From: Antedon mediterranea
Lineage: Eukaryota > Animalia > Echinodermata
DNA length: 64,000 bases
Reading direction: 5' to 3'
Assembly: GCF_964355755.1 (NCBI RefSeq)
Contig: NC_092679.1
Coordinates: 15,793,432 to 15,857,431, forward strand
Of this stretch, positions 62,231-64,000 are shown piece by piece. Each line of letters begins with the position of its first letter. The first letter of the stretch is position 1. The position numbers were made by a program, and so were the translations under genes. The notes under the pieces are model-generated. The model saw only the letters and a list, made by a program, of their open reading frames with translations. It searched no databases and was not told the origin of the DNA.

Positions 62231-63744
62231 ACTTGTTGTTGACGCTGAGCTAGCTAGGCAAACTAGCAATAACTAAATAAACCCTCCACTGAAGCACAAC
62301 CTGAAGGCACTAAAGTATGCTTTAAAACAGTCCTAAACTTGCTACAAAACCCAACAGCAGTGTCTGTTCCGAATCTACAACCAGATATGATCATTCAATC
62401 ACATGCATGCACGTTGAATCTGGTAGACACAGGCGATGCTCTGAGAAGATATAGGCTGAACACCTACATAGATCCACGCACGGTGACTAAACTGTTCTGT
62501 TAGCCAGAACAGCGCTTAGAAATTTGTTCCAATGTTTATGACTCACTCATTATTGCAGAGAATAAAAACGAACAACCTTCAACTTCGAGCAAACCGACGA
62601 ATCATCAACGTGCAGTGATCGTACAACAGAGTATTCTAAACTTTATATTGATCAACCAGATAGCCACACACGTTTATTGTCAAGTATAATTAACAAATAT
62701 GAAAACTATTTGATATTTATTATGTCAGTTAAAACTCTAGATAATTTTCAAGATGACAAGTTTTTAAGTAATTGAGTTTCTTAATAAATCCTGTGAAACG
62801 TCTGCCCTGCGTGCTGTTAAAGCATGCAGAATTAATCTGACACTCATTATTGTATAAGACCTTCACAGGAATTAATAAAGAGTTTTTCTTGGCATTCATA
62901 ATAATTTTTTTTAAATACCCTTGAATAACTAGCTGATACTCTAGAATGTATTATGTACAGTATCATAGGCCTACTCTGTAATACAGTGTCGCATATGTAT
63001 CACATGCAATGACTGTATTTAGGCCATAAACCAAACCTACATCCTAGTCTTTAACATAATACAGGTAACACATGTGACACTGTATTACACAATTTGCCTA
63101 TGATACTGGACAGATAATACCATATGTAAAGATAAACTACATAGGACTCGTATAATATCCAAACCGAGTAGAAAACAAAACAATGAACTTAAAAAATGAC
63201 TGGACTGAAAAAAAATGTCTCAAAATTACAACTGGACTCCTACTAAGTTTGAAAATATGGACAGCTCACGTTTGCATTTTAGAGTCTTTGTGGTAATTGA
63301 TTTGAAACATTGAATCATCTATTTGGAGTTACATTCACTCTATATTTTTTCAGAATTATTGAGAATTCAGGAAAAACACTACAAAATGCACAACAACTCT
63401 ATATCAGAAAACATGAACAGGAAAAGGATAGACAATGTCTTTATGACACAGTTACACATGGGAGATATTATTGATTCCCATGCAGAGTGGATTTGAAAAC
63501 CAGACACATTCACGGCAGGAAGATCTCTTAGTCATGTTAAACATCCATCATATGTTAGCAGAAATTAATTGGTATTATGATATAAGTCCGCAGATAAACA
63601 ATGAAAAAGAAACAATGATTTTTATCATTCTCCATTCATAGTATATAAAAGCAGACACTCTAATAAAAGTATTGTTTTAGTATTTTGCATGATGAATAAA
63701 CACTTTTAGCTTTGGTGTAAACCATATGGTTCCAAATATTACTA

Positions 63745-64000
63745 CCAAATAGCTGCACTAGAGAGGCAGCTGTACTCAAGGGACTAAATAGCTGCATTGG
63801 AAAGGCTCAATATTTGTACTCGAGAGGCTAAATAACTGCACTTGAGAGGCTAAATAACTGCACTCGAGAGGCTAAATAACTGCACTCGAGAGGCTATATA
63901 ACTGCACTCGAGACACTTAATAACTGCACTCAAGAGGCTAAATTACTGTACTCGAGAGGCTAGATAGCTGCATGAGGGGCTAGATAGCTGCATGAGGGGC
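63745..64000. repeat. Minisatellite, 20-22-bp unit (gagaggctaaataactgcactc), runs off the window
   Basis: About ten head-to-tail variant copies with no unique spacers. Confidence 0.9.

Noticed and set aside
63745-64000. CRISPR array
   Set aside because: Head-to-tail repeats with no unique spacers, eukaryotic context, no cas genes.

Overview
AT-rich eukaryotic (invertebrate animal, probably a deuterostome such as an echinoderm; taxon is inference only) genomic DNA with GT-AG introns. Left to right: four tandem, intronless SLC44A2/4/5-type (CTL2-like) choline-transporter paralogues on + (809-25994), produced by a ~4.9-kb segmental duplication. The third spacer is interrupted by a 9.2-kb stack of nested non-autonomous Helentron/Helitron2-type elements (13397-22609) that carry tRNA-like cassettes, and the empty site survives in the sister spacer. 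Next come a 3-exon gene for a signal-peptide, C-terminally anchored, bacterial-type sphingomyelinase C (28267-30217, +) and a complete 13-coding-exon CENP-F gene (31577-46115, -, about 3368 aa, ending CKIQ) with a CCAAT + CDE/CHR promoter. The window ends with the 3' exons of a SIPA1L/SPAR gene (-), including a candidate internal first exon for a short GAP-less isoform. MITEs, SINE/LINE fragments and minisatellites are scattered throughout. Best leads: a possible sphingomyelin/choline-scavenging gene cluster and the self-nesting, terminus-swapping Helentron family. All exon models were read by eye; no database searches were run.
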